A DNA stretch of 64,000 bases. Source: Iphione sp. A-MEVVRFRX5. Lineage: Eukaryota. A program made the translations under genes and the position numbers. The notes under the pieces were generated by a model that was given only the letters and a program-made list of their open reading frames with translations, had not been told where the DNA came from and did not search any database. Below, one piece after another: positions 13,300 to 26,455 of the stretch; within the stretch, counting starts at the first letter, position 1, and every line of letters starts with the position of its first letter. The stretch lies in contig OZ320313.1 of NCBI GenBank assembly GCA_976226885.1, forward strand, positions 145,948,001-146,012,000, given 5' to 3'.

Positions 13300-13313
13300 C
13301 GGCCAGAGGGCGC
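13300..13313 (+). promoter_or_regulatory. CTCF-type motif
   Basis: CGGCCAGAGGGCGC compared with consensus CCASYAGRKGGCRS, inside a CpG island. Confidence 0.5.
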
Positions 13314-13947
13314 CGCTGATGGCGGGCGGGCGGGGGCGCATCCCAGCGGGAGCGGCGAGGGTCGACGATGATGGGGTTTCGCTGGCCCGACTTATCGACG
13401 GCGCCCGCCGCTCGTCAATCGTCGAGGGCCGGTCCACCCTCGTTCCTAACCGCTGCCCCAGCAGTCGCCCCCCCCCCACCACCACCTCCCATCTGACAAC
13501 CCTCCCATAGTATACTCCAGTACCAAAACTCCATACCGACAGGCCGCCCTCCCTGTGATAACCCGCAAAGAATGGCAGCAGCAGTGGCGACGTCGGCGGT
13601 GCTGCTGCTGCCGCCGCCGCCCAGCATCAGGCGGGTGGACGGGCGCGCCGCTAAATAGATAGTAAGATGAGACCTCTCTCCATCATCGCCAATCGTCACA
13701 CCCAACTGACCCCTGTCTTTAGAGCGGTCGACGAGGATGATGAAGAGGCCTCACTTGCATGAGCAGCAGGGAGGATTCGCCCTCTGCATATAGGAACTTC
13801 GAGCTGCTATCGGCAATATAATATTGTATATGGCTCGTAATTTCGGAAAGGTATGGTGAGAGGAAAAGAGCCGAGAGTGGAGGAGGAGGGCAGGAGGGAG
13901 AGGCAAATAGGGAGTGAGACGGAGAGGGAAGAGTGAAAGAGAGAGAA

Positions 13948-13950
<3 letters not shown>

Positions 13951-14018
<68 letters not shown>
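13951..14018. repeat. (GA)34 microsatellite within a ~190-bp purine tract
   Basis: Read directly from the sequence. Confidence 0.97.
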
Positions 14019-14021
<3 letters not shown>

Positions 14022-15330
14022 AAACAAAGAGGAATTAAGAGGGAGACAGATAAATGGACACACAGTCAGGGATATGATCTAGAGTTTCTGACATGTATTT
14101 ATATTATTTTGTTTATATGGTTGATTTACGATTCTACCTGCAGTGTTGCGCATTTTGACAATAAGCAGCACAGGAAGAGAAAAGACACTCAAAACCTGGC
14201 GGCATGATATGAAACTTGTGTGATTGTAGCGTCGGGGTCTTTTGTGGGATTAGGTGGCAGTAAAAGTGTGGGGACGAGAGGAGTGTCCGGATCGAGAGGC
14301 CGGGAAATCTGTGTCCCAGAGTGACACCACCGACTCGCGCGCCATAAAGCCTGTCATCCTGGGCCCCATACATCTTCATTAAAAGGGCCCCCGCGCGCCG
14401 CGCTTTGAACCCCCGCGCGATGGGCAGCCGCTGACGTTGACAAATCGCGCGGCGGTTTTGTGTTGCGTCGCGCGCTCGGCATCCATCATACATTTCATCG
14501 CTTATTTCTCCCGGGCCGCATCAGGCGCACTGTCGGGGTCGTCGTGGCCCGCTCCCGCGACCAGCATCCTCCTTGCCTTGGTCCCCCATTAAGGCTTTCC
14601 TCTTTCTGTCCCTCCTCTTTTTTACTTCCTTTCTTTCCGCTCTCTCCCTCTCCATCTCCCTCTCAATCCATGTTCCTCTTGGTCGCGGTTCATTTCTAAC
14701 TCTGCCACCTCTACACCCTATTGCCCTCTTTCTCTCCCCATTCCTCACCACCAAGGCTCTTTTTTCCCCTAGTCAGAATGAAAGTTTCTCGTAGAATGAC
14801 AGCCACTGTGGTTTTGCGTTTTTCTGTTGTGAGTACCACCATGCACGGATGGACTTCGCTGTAGATCTCCTTCCTGTCGTGTTGTTTTCTTTCCCTGTGA
14901 GTATAACGAATTGGACCGCATTTTCTGCATCGCGCCACCCCCAATTCAATCAGTCTGATCCCTTAACGAGCATATAGGGCACCACCGTTACCCAGATGGA
15001 CCTGGGGGCCCAATGTAGTAGCACCGGTCAGTATTTGTGGAGCGTATTAGCTGAGGAAAGTGGATGTGAAGAAGGGATCTTGTATCCTGAATATAATTCA
15101 TACTTGAGCAGAGTTTTAATGTGGTCCCAGTATCACTTTGCCGAAGTGCTTTCGGACTGTCCAAGTCCCAATTACCAGCCTCCCGTCGAATTCAGTGTCA
15201 ACTTTTTGTCTCGCCCTCTCTTTTTTCTCGGCACAGTTGGAGAGGTCCTTGAAGCGTCTTTCTAATTACTCTGAAGAGAACTCGCCGCGGCCTGACACGT
15301 GCCGCCCGCCGCCCCTCCTTCATCCATCAG

Positions 15331-15396
15331 GCGCCCCCTAGTGTCAACTACTGCCCCCTAGTGGCGGCGCGCCAAGTTCCTGTCAGGCGCATGCGC
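15331..15396 (-). promoter_or_regulatory. Tandem CTCF motifs plus NRF1 site
   Basis: On the minus strand: ACACTAGGGGGCGC (15331-15344) and the perfect consensus CCACTAGGGGGCAG (15351-15364). Perfect GCGCATGCGC at 15387-15396. Confidence 0.7.
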
Positions 15397-16439
15397 GTGC
15401 GGGGATCGAGGTCCGGCCGAAGAAGGACCCTGCGCGCCTAAAGAAGCAGAAGGAGGGCAAGCTAATTTCCAGGTGGTCTTCGCGTGCGAAACGTCACTCC
15501 CCCAGCATCCGGTGTCTCGGGCACCGTCGCCGGGCGCCCTGCCGGCCCGCCACACACAAGCAGCCCCTGCCTTCTCTCAGCGTCCTCACCCTTCAGGCCA
15601 GTTCTTCTCTCCGTGCCTGCCGTTAGAGCCGTCCCTAATGCCGCCAATCGGGTGCTGTGCGACCCTTACGCTGGCAGTGTCTAGAGTTACCACTTAGCGT
15701 CGAGCGTCGGCCTGACGCTGCACGGTCGACTAACTGGTTAATTTGACAAGTTAGTTAACCTCGAACGCGCCTAGCGGTGAGGCTCTGTCCGGGCCCCCCA
15801 TCATTCCTTGCTATAGCATTCTGCTGCAGCCCCCGTCACCCGCCCATCCAACCGGCCTCACTACTCGGCCTCCTCCATCGCCCGCGTCTCCGTCACATGC
15901 CATCTGAAGGAAACTCGAGCGGGCGAATTGCTCGTCCACCCGCCCGACCGATGGGACACCACGCGGGAAACTCTAGACTAAGCGAGGCCGAGGCCTGCCG
16001 ACAATGTGTCCAGAGTCGCGGCTTGGCTGCTTCTCAGACACGCCACCAGATGACGAAGGGCATGTGCACGCCACTTTCCGGAAACGGAAGTGGCTGAAGA
16101 GGCGCCGTCTCGCGGAGAGGGCGTGCGATATAAAACATGAAGGCTACATCGTATTTACAACAAAGTAGCTCCTGCTTCATTCATCGGTTCAGCTACAGCA
16201 CTAATTCCAGAAACCAGAAACATAACATAGCATTGAGTCAGATAAAACGAACGAAACCATTGGAATAGATTTAAAGCTTTTATGATTAAAACTGTGCACT
16301 TAACTTGTATTTTTGCTGTATGTTTGCCATCAAAACAGGTCTAAATGGTATTTACAGAGCTATCAATTTTCAGGCCAGAAGACAGGTTCTTGTTAGAACA
16401 AATTGACTAAAAGGTGCGTTTTGTACAAAACAGTGACTG

Positions 16440-16545
16440 CTTTTCGCGCCACTCACGTCCACCTGCTCACGTGGACGGAAGTGAACTTATCAATCACGTG
16501 ACCATTGCCAAGATGGCGGAAGTGGATGAAAGGCGGTATGGGGTA
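16440..16545 (+). promoter_or_regulatory. Housekeeping-type promoter motif cluster
   Basis: CACGTG at 16468, CGGAAGTG at 16476 and 16517, CACGTGAC at 16495 and CAAGATGGCGG (YY1) at 16509. Confidence 0.55.
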
Positions 16546-17699
16546 GGCGACGAACTGCTGGCACTTTGTCGATAGGGTCAGGGGTATGCTGGAAACAGGC
16601 GAGCTAGCATCAGGGGAGGAAGGGAGGCAGAATATAGAAAACGGACGCTCTAAAGGGACTCCTTCAGTGCGAGGGCAAGAGGTTAAGAAAGCATGGACGA
16701 GTAAAGCACAGTTTCTGACGTGCTCTAGACAACCTTGATGGGGAGAGGGGGGGTTGCCTGTCTTACCAAGTGCCGAGATATTCAGCCGCCTGCCACTATC
16801 AAAATACATCAGTATCTGTATCCTGTCGCAGCGCATCCGTATCCCTTAGGAAGCTGCCGTCGCACGGTTTGAACACCATCGACCCCAACGCATCTGTGGG
16901 TCTCCACTCCAAGGAGAGGTGCGGCCTTACCCATGATCGATCCCTTTCCTTCAGGGTGCGGCAGATAAATGCTAAAGATTTCTCACGAAAGCTGCGGCAC
17001 TCAGGCGAAATGTGGCCCCAAATGGACATTGATCCCGCGAAAATCACACACTGTCACGAAAGGCGGGTGTGTTTTTAAGACCTGCCAGCCCGACACTTTG
17101 GTGCAGTGACGAATGCGGTCGGAGGAACCAACCTTGCCATCAAGCAGACACGGAAAATTGGAAAATTGGGGCTTTAGGAGAGGAAATGTAAAAGAAAATA
17201 GTAGAAAGGAAGTGGCTCAAACAAATTAAAACATACCGTATGTACACCTACGTGTCTGTTTAAAACCACCTGTCATTTCGCTTATGCATAGTATTCCATA
17301 TTCACATATACTCTATTCCATCCATCATGGTATTACAGGCGAACATTAAGAATTCCTTGAATGAGGAAGACGACAGTGACATAGTACATGTATATGTGCT
17401 TTATATAGTCCTTGCCAAAGAAGCAATTGTTAATCATTATATGGTAAAATAAAGCCTTACATCTCGATTGGGGAGGAGTGTAAAAATCTGTTTAAACGTA
17501 TTACAGGTTTTCGGTCTCAGGAGACGTAAATTCCCATGTCCACGGTAACTACATGTACATAAACAGTTTGATATCAATGGCGTGTAGACTGACGACGTTG
17601 AAATGGTTTGCCACCTCTTATAGTGGCTATATCTGCCCTTCGAACGTAGCCGATGGCTTTACCATTATTTTCGCATCGGAGAATGCCTGTTAGTTCCCA

Positions 17700-18250
17700 C
17701 AGTTGCCACGCACAAGACGGCGCGCTGTGCTGTGTGAGTTCTTTGATACGATCTGATTGCTGCTTGATGGAAAAAAGCCCTGCAGAAGTGCTGTCAACAG
17801 AGAGCCTTTAGCACACGGCCCTGAAGAGGTGCCTCAAATCAATCGGGTCCTTCAGCCACTACCTCCCTTTCAAGGCTTTTAAGCCGCGCCTGAAGCACAG
17901 GGCTGTTTGCATCGAACACTAATTAGATACACGTGGGAGAGAAAAAACTCCAATGATTGAGGTGATTTTCAGCGGAGTGTCGGGCCTAATTATATCATTT
18001 TCAGGGCCACTTTGAGGCACTAAAAGTCCCTGCTTATGGCAATGGTGCGCATTACTCAACACTGCAAACTTGGTGCAACGTGGGTCGAATGGGAGAAAGC
18101 TGATCTGCCGCTGTGGCGATGATACACGTTCAGGGGAGAAAGATTAATCTTTATTGAGGATTAGGGCTAGGACCCGTAACGCAAACACATCGTTTGTAAC
18201 TAAGGCCATTGTCATTGAGGGATAACGAATACGAATGTCGTCCTTTTACA
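17700..18250. promoter_or_regulatory. Enhancer-like, complex non-repetitive block
   Basis: Multiple homeodomain-type cores (CTAATTAG, CTAATTA, AGATTAATCT, GGATTA). No ORF and no repeat structure. Confidence 0.35.
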
Positions 18251-18401
18251 CCCACCTATCCGGTGATGCCAGTGATGGGGGTAATAATGAAAGGGATACG
18301 AAGCGAGTGGGTGGTGGGTGGGGGAGTGAGAGGAGGGCGTGTAGTTTTGCAGATGGCCGCCAGGAGGCGCGAGGGGCTGTGAGAGAGGAAGCAAGCTGCT
18401 G

Positions 18402-18415
18402 CGACCAGGGGGCGG
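18402..18415 (+). promoter_or_regulatory. CTCF-type motif
   Basis: CGACCAGGGGGCGG. Confidence 0.5.
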
Positions 18416-18564
18416 CCGCGTCGAGGACGGCGCCCTGTCGGACACGTGTACGACGTATCGGGCGCCTCCAAATTAGCAGATATACGATCGCCGCCACCCG
18501 GAGGTGTTTATCAGCCTGCGCGAGCTTTAATTGTAGCCCGCTAGATGTCACTGAGAACACACAC

Positions 18565-18900
18565 CTGCTCGGCGCCAAGTACTCGGCAGTCGGCACATGC
18601 GCCCGGAGTGGCAGGGCACGTGCCGGTCGGCAGAGGCTCCGGGGCTCGTCGGCCCGGCCCCATTGTAACCATGGAGATCGATACACGAGCGCAGGGTGGT
18701 CGGGGACGGGCTGTTTGTTTGTGTGTGTGTGACAGTGAAGTGTGTGTATGTGTGTGTCCGTACGTGTGTGTGTCAATGTGTGAGTGGTCGCAGGAAAGGG
18801 GTCAACAACGGCGCATGCGTGCAAGTTGAGTGACAAAGGCCTGCTAATTTACACATTACCAGACAATGGCCGCTCACCGGCGAGCCCATTCAGCCAATCA
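18565..18900 (-). promoter_or_regulatory. Candidate minus-strand promoter and first exon
   Basis: CCAAT box near 18893, NRF1-like GCGCATGCGT near 18811, CA-rich putative 5'UTR, ATG at 18672, 36 open codons to the donor CAG|GTGTGT at 18565/18564. Confidence 0.3.
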
Positions 18901-21900
18901 AACCTATACTTTCTAAAGCAAATATTGGAAGACCACATGTCCGTAACGTCAGGTCCCTATCGTGGAGCACCACTCAACGGCTGTTTGATTGTGGCGAGGG
19001 TAGTTGCGGTGGAGAGCAGGACACCCCACAGCGGTCGCTGCGGGAAGAAATGAGACACGGACGATATCATTAATACGATGCAGGACTGATGGTGGGTCAT
19101 GGTGAACTTTCAGTTGGCGACACATAGAATGAGTTCAGGTTATCAGGCTATCTGTGATTTAATTATCATCACTTGTCCATATGTACAATACGCATGTATA
19201 CATGCACATGTCAATGTACGATATGAATGTGTTGTTGATCAAATGGTGCCGTTATGTACATCTATTAACCTAAACTGTTGTATTTTCTTTAACTCCATAT
19301 ATACAGATGACATCCTCTAGTGAAGGACGGATGTTTAAAGTAAAGAAACACATGTACTGTATACGCGTTCACAGGTGTAAGGCCAAACGGTTGTCTTTGA
19401 AGGCGTGGGGAACGTATAACTGAAGCCTTACCTTCTAAGGCTTACACTTTTAGCGTGTGCTTCTTGAAGATGATACTTGACTCTGCCTGCTGTCAACCAA
19501 CACACCAACTCCACCCACTGCGTGCTGTAGGCCACTCAACTACAATGCGCTTGTGTCATTTCTGCCTTCGTTTCGCGACCTTTACGTAGAAAGAGCTGCC
19601 GGGAGGTGAAGAAAGTGTTGATTACCTTTAGCGGGTCAGACGCTATTGGAACCAGGTGTCAGTGATCAGAAGTTTTCTTCGGCGATACGCCCTGGAAGAA
19701 ACAATGAGCTGGGCTAGGAGATTAGTGGCCTCTGTCGTCGGGTTCGTGGCTTTTGTCAAGCACCAATGATGGTGGTTGTATAGAGTGGCTGCCCTGAAAG
19801 GTTTGTAAGTTGGAGTGAGCAAGCAAGGTGTATGGAAAGTGGGTGGGTGGGCGGGAAACAGGGTGTGCCTGGTGGATGCGACACCTACCAACGCCCACGG
19901 TAACTACAAGGAGGGACCACTGGCAATGCTTTTATCGAGAAAGGTAACTACACACCTCTCAACATTAAAGTGAATTGTAGGTGGCAAACGAAGCACAGTC
20001 AACATTAAGTAACGAAACAATATATGTTAAAGTGATATGCAGGTGGTAGACGACCCAAAACAGAATAGGGTGGAGGTAAAGAAACGGTTGGCACGGAGAG
20101 GACTGATGATTTGTTTAGACCGACAGCAGTGAGAAACAGACAATTATACCCGAGATGTTTTGAAAGGAAAGAAGATGAATACGTACTAAGATTATCAGTT
20201 CTGACAACAACTGTGGAAAAAAGATCACATGATGAATAAAAGTTAATCATTCTGTTAAGCGACAAGGTAAATGTTTGTCTGTTGTCAACTGGGTGGAGTA
20301 TGCCAGCACTTGCAGAAGATGAGGCTATGCTCTATTTCTGGATGAAAAAAAGCATCGTGTTCATAATTTAAATGTTTGTTGACTTTCTTTCGGTAGCTTG
20401 GTAATATGCTAATATTGCTGAGGGTGGGAACTACTTTGGCATTTCCTTTTATAGAGACATAACACATTTTCAAGAGTAAGAGAAACATCTGACTTTGTTT
20501 AATAGACATTCATGTGCACGTATTTTATTATTTTAAAAGTTACCAAACTTCGCCCATTCCTTTCGACCATCACCTTATGAGTATGGAAAGAACATATTGT
20601 CAAATCAGTATTGTATTTGCTTCTGATGAACTGTCTAGCCCTTCTTAGCATCCTATGAGTACATGTATACATTTAGAACCACCGTAATACTCAAACTGTC
20701 ATTAAAACTATTCAATCTCCATATACACCAGAGGAGTCTGTACTTCGCATGAATCTATGACACCAGGTTCAAACCTCTCACCCCATCCTACAGTCAGGTG
20801 ACGTCACATTGCGCCAAGTTGGACCAGCTTGCTGGGCAAACGCGTGCAACAAAAGGAGCAGCGACGGTGGAGGCCAGATGTGCACGGCCACGGAGGCATA
20901 CAAAACAGACAATACAAAACAGAAAAGGGACAACACACATAGCATGGGTCTTTGATAGCATTGTTGTCATGTCAGACACGGAAGGTAAGGATGAAATGTG
21001 GCCGTGTCAAGCTCGCTCAACGCCTTTTGCAGCCAAAATGGACCAGACCACAAGGCTCTGTCGAAAACCATATGTCTTTTGCATCGAACAATTGCCTTCT
21101 TATAACCACCAGGCATTGTCCTAATCTCCATGCAAAGCGTTTATTGTCAGCACGTTTGGGATCAATTGATGGTCAAAATTTTCAGGTCTACTACTGTACA
21201 GTCAACACAATCTTGCAGGGGATGTTTCATCCTGTGTTCCCTAACATATTATTAACGTTCAAGTCCGTAATTTTTACCAAATAATGTAAACAAATCTTGA
21301 TGACAATGAGACAAAAGTTTGACAAGGCTATTATACAAGGTGATTACACATTTGTCGGTGGGTGTTATGCACCTGCGCATCGTTTTTAGTATCAAATAAC
21401 TCATTTATGCCATTGGTACCCGTAATGCATTGCAAATAAAGTTTAATTATCATAATGTATGGAAACCAATTTGGACAGAAGGAAGTGCAGTTACCGAGAT
21501 GCATGTACCTCTGCAGGTGTATATATTTTAAGGGTTTTCCACACCTGCGGACCTTTGTCAGTCTTGAACTATACAAATTACAAAATGATAAAAAGAAACC
21601 TACGTGAGGCCTAAGTGCATCCATTACTTCTTTCTTTATTCATAGTTACATATACATCAGAATATGTGGCTACTTGTCAAAATCGTACGCTCTATCGGGA
21701 TAGAAACGTCTCTATTGCACATTCATCAATCCTGCATGACAATATAAAAAGAGACAGATCCGTGTACGTGTTTTTGGTAATATCAGACATATGAAAGTAG
21801 TGATTATATGGTAGCCTCATCCCGTTACTTCTATGCCTTTTTTTGTACCCCTTTGGCTTCATGCATTGTGACCTATCAAGAACAACCTCTTTTAAAAAGC

Positions 21901-24367
21901 CATGGCTTATTCATCAGCCCGAGAAACGAAGCCGCTAAAAAAGAAAGCGGGGTGTTTGAACAGGCACGCCAACTAATGAGCGTTACTGCGCATGTGCCAG
22001 GGAAACGATTATCAAAGAGACAGCGATCACAAAGGTGTCGAGACAGAGACACCTGGATCTGGTTAAGGACGATAAAAAAGGGCAGGGACAATAGTAGGAT
22101 GAAAAACTCCAACAGCCATCTTAAAGACGATATGTACTTATTCTACATCCATCCCCTCATTGTCTTGTAAATACCCAAATGCAAATTCGCAGGCTGGAAT
22201 TTTTACACACTAGTTGTTGTTCTTGTCAGATTTTTCACAGCTTTGAACTCAGAAAAGCATTTTTTCTTTACATTTCTATAACATGTATTGCCTTTATGCT
22301 GTTCTTGTATACATCTACATATTTTTGGATTACAGTGTAAACTAATAAACCTGTATCTATTATTAGTAATTCCTCAGTTATTAACTGAAATATGCAAGTT
22401 ACAGAGGAGTTATGAACTGGAAATAAGTCAAAAACAGTACAGGAAAGCAGCAGAGAAGACACAAAGAGGGTCAGAAAACCGACAGACCGGCGACAGCATA
22501 CCTTTAATGCCAGGCCCCAGGATGGCTGCCCTTGATTCCCGTTATGTAACCGGCCCCTCAGCCGCCGCTCGCTCCTTCAGGAAACACTTTTATCATCCAC
22601 CAAAGAAGTGGGCGTCGGGCGCCAAGTTGGCACGCAGAGTGATAACATTACCCCCCTTTTTTGCGTCCCTTCCCCTCCCTTCCTCCTCCCTACTCTTGCC
22701 TAACTTCACACCCTCCCCTGTTTTATCGGCGGTCCGTTCAAACTCACTCAGGTGTTTGAATGCGGGCGGTCCCATTCGTATCCAGTTCAATTGGTTCACG
22801 GGTGGCGAATCTCTTTAAGCCACAGGTAATGGTCGTCTCACCTGCCCTTACTACCAGGCTGGCCTGGGGGTGGATGGGGGTTGGGGGGGGCGGACCAAGC
22901 CTGTGTGAAATATATATACTGCCACCGCTTCATTGAGGCGTGATACCCATCATCACCACCATCATCCTCATCAACATAGCCGCCAACCATATTACGTCAC
23001 GTCTGGCGTCATAGTGACATCACAAGGACGACGTCACCTGAGGGCGCCGGTCGCCCGAGGTCTACCGTTTGGGGACTGAGACCTTTGTTGTCGCCAGGGT
23101 GAACCCTGGGGTGAGACACTAAGGACATGAAGGTGAGATTCTCAGGAGGGGAGTGGTTAAAACCCCTCACTTCCCAAATCGCAGCTCGCACAAATGAAAT
23201 AAAATTGAACAGGAGAGATTATTTCCAGATGACAGATCAAACGTAGAGATTATAAGGGGCGGACCTCACAGCTCTCTCTGGCAGAGATGGTGCCCATCTT
23301 AACACCAACAGGTACCCGCAGATATCCGGAAAGGACCTGTTCTTCGCTACTTTTCATGCAAATGACAGGGTTAAAAATGTTCGACTCGGAGAATGTGACG
23401 TGCGGGAGACTTGGTAATTGCAAGGTGATACAAATACGAGAAGGAGATGCACGAGGGCACCCACAGACTCCTTAATGTGCTACAGCACATTAAGGAGTCG
23501 CCCCCCTCTCCTCTTTCTCTCTGTCCCTCTCTCTGTACACGCGCATGTATCTTGATTATAACATGATGCTAACCACCTTATATCGTCAGAAGAGCCTCAC
23601 GAGAAAAATACATTATAAGGTCATATGTGCTACGCGGAATTAGATTTCAAATGCTGAAATCATTGATAAATACAAGAAACAAGAAAGAAACAAATGTACA
23701 ACCAAAAATCTACGCACATACGTAACAGTCTTGCACTGTGCGAGGTTACAATGTTCTCAGCTGTTTTGCTAAATCAACGTAGTGGCCGTCCATGACTCAG
23801 TGCTATATCAGCCTGCCAACGGTTGCGATGCTAATCATGGGTATTTATTACACCATATTCCTCCATAAATCTAGGAACAGGCAGTCCAGACAACCGTGCA
23901 TCCCACTGGAGAGGATCAATATCTGTGGACTCCCGCATGATCAGTTTATTAACCTCAACGATCCCAAATATACCCCCTTATCCAGCTACACGCACACCTC
24001 TTCACCCAGCCTTCAACCTCGTCAGGCCCGAGCGTCCTTGCGCCAGGTGTGGCATCCCCTCCACCAGGTGTGTTGATTAGGACACAGTCGTTCAAGGTTG
24101 CAGTTCTGAAGCGTTCGGAATATCTCCTGGGTTGTCCCTGTCCTCGCGCTACAGTTGCAAGGTATGTGATATATTCATCAGTAGAATTGTTCAAAGTGCT
24201 AAATGTAGGCTCCAGATTAAAGTCGTTTCCGAGAACCCATGTAACACTGAATCAGTCATGTAGATATTTTTAAAATGGAACTGATGACTTTCTCTATAAC
24301 GTTTAGAAAAATATAATACTGGGTTTAGATAGAAACTGCCTCATATATGCTTTCCTACTTACAATTT

Positions 24368-24368
<1 letters not shown>

Positions 24369-24428
<60 letters not shown>
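24369..24428. repeat. Compound microsatellite (CTGT)8(CT)14
   Basis: Read directly from the sequence. Confidence 0.95.
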
Positions 24429-24430
<2 letters not shown>

Positions 24431-25591
24431 TTGTCCACTCGGAGTGAAAATATAGGTAATCTTGAACGGTGTCCCTGCACACCTGCCCATTTAGTAATGT
24501 GCATATCCATAACTAGTACTAAGTGGACAATTCGACCTTGATGACCAGACTCTCCCGACAGGTCCGAGCATGCCTGCACACGGACTTTCAAACGACACAT
24601 TAACACATACGCCTATAGAACTAGACATAAATAACCATAATCGAACGAGACGGATAATTAAAAGCCAAGCTAGAGCTCGCCACTCGGTCGAAGCCAATGG
24701 TCTCCATGTGCGAAATGTCCGACGGCATGCTGCACCGACATGCCCTTTAAAGGCTATGCTAGCACCAGGGCCACCGATCTCTGGAAGTGGCAGATCCTCG
24801 TCTGATCCAGACAATCGTGGTGTTATGTGTGGCTGACCCCAGGCAGCTGATGTCCTCTCTTCTGCCAGTCTCACACGCACATACGCAAGTACAACCACAT
24901 CAGCACACACACACACAGTTAACTAACAAAGTATAGACATCTGTAGGCACACATATACGTGTGGCTAGGTTCCTGTATCCCTATCTGTATCACGTGTCCC
25001 ACTTAGGTGTAATTTGTCTTTACGTGTGTCTGCGTGTTTCATGTGTGTTCTGTTTCTGTCCATGTAGAGTGGTGATGAGAAACACGGACAGATGTACATG
25101 TATATCCATGTAACAGTGTTTCTTGTCCTTAATTTACAAGAGTGAGGGTTGTTTTCAGGTGATAAATGAATGCTGCCCGGCGTGTATGTCGCAAAAAAAA
25201 TAAACATTTCTGTACATATCCACACGACTGACATGAAATCTGCTCCTTTTTCTGCAGCAATGGCACAATTCAGATGAAATTCACTCCTTTTTATACACTA
25301 ACGGCTAAATGTACATGGAATGCACTTCTTTTTAGCACAAATTCACATCCACAGATACATGCACATATATACAGACTTTCTCTCGCTACAATAAAGTATC
25401 AAGGGCCTAAACACAGAAATGTGGCAGTGGAAATTGGGACGTATCTCAGGCTGAAACATGGACGACATAGACGGCCACTGCCGCATGGCCACGCACGGCC
25501 ACATAGAAGCAGTCCAGTTGATAAGCATTTCACCGAACATCATGGTGACACAATGCAACACTGCAACATGGAGATGTGGGTGTGTGGGTAA

Positions 25592-26163
25592 GGCCAGCTT
25601 TCCATGTGTCCGGATTTTTTTCTGTACTCTGTCTGGAAAATAGACCCTATTTCTGGACTAGCATGGAAGGGTACTCTCCATGTATCAGGAGACAAGTGAG
25701 GTATGTATGTATGAATGTATGTACACATACATGTATGTATGGAGGTTGATGCATATCAGTGGAAATTGTGCAGTTTTTCACGGAGGCTGAGGCATATTGG
25801 TGGAAATTGTGTTTTTTTTACAGAAGTCGAGGCATATTGGTGGAAACGGTGCAGTTTTTATGTAAATTGTATGCAAATTATAAATAATTCATGTAATCTA
25901 AAATGTTAGCCATTTGTAAATTGACCTTCCTGACTGTTCCTGTCCATTCTTGGCTGTTTCTAACCAATGAACTTGGGCAGAAAATTTCTCCGGACTCTAG
26001 ACTCAAGAGAAATTTACTGCCCAAGTTCATTCTCCACCTTTGGGCATGGAGCACGGAGCCCGTAAACATGGAAACAATCATGTTGACTCTCATAGAATTG
26101 TTATTTTTGGCACCACACAGTCCAGACTCTGGAGGTGATTTCTGGACTCATGGAAAGCCAGCC
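25592..26163. mobile_element. PIF/Harbinger-like MITE
   Basis: TIRs GGCCAGCTTTCCATGTGTCC and GGACTCATGGAAAGCCAGCC, with TAA on both sides (25589-25591 and 26164-26166). Confidence 0.85.
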
Positions 26164-26166
26164 TAA

Positions 26167-26455
26167 GGCTGTGTTCACATAATTATATCTGTAGGGAAAA
26201 AATTACAGGTGCGGAGACGTGAAATACCAACTGCTGATCAATTTGATGTCTTTCTACCATTGCTGCCTATGGAAAACGGATCTGCATCCCTAAAAAATTC
26301 AACATCAGTAACAGATCTGCTCTCTACAGATATGGATCCGTAGCTGTGGATATGGCCACACGTAAAGAGATTAGAACAAGTGCTATAGGACTGATAAAAT
26401 ACATCCATGGGACCGCATCCGTTTTCAAATAATATGGATGCATGTGAACACCACC
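26167..26455. mobile_element. PIF/Harbinger-like MITE, second family
   Basis: TIRs GGCTGTGTTCACAT and ATGTGAACACCACC, flanked by TAA and TTA. Confidence 0.75.

Noticed and set aside
22921-23094. Poly-His reading HHHHHHPHQH like a transcription-factor exon
   Set aside because: No ATG or good acceptor in frame, and stops flank it. Best explained as a CAY microsatellite.
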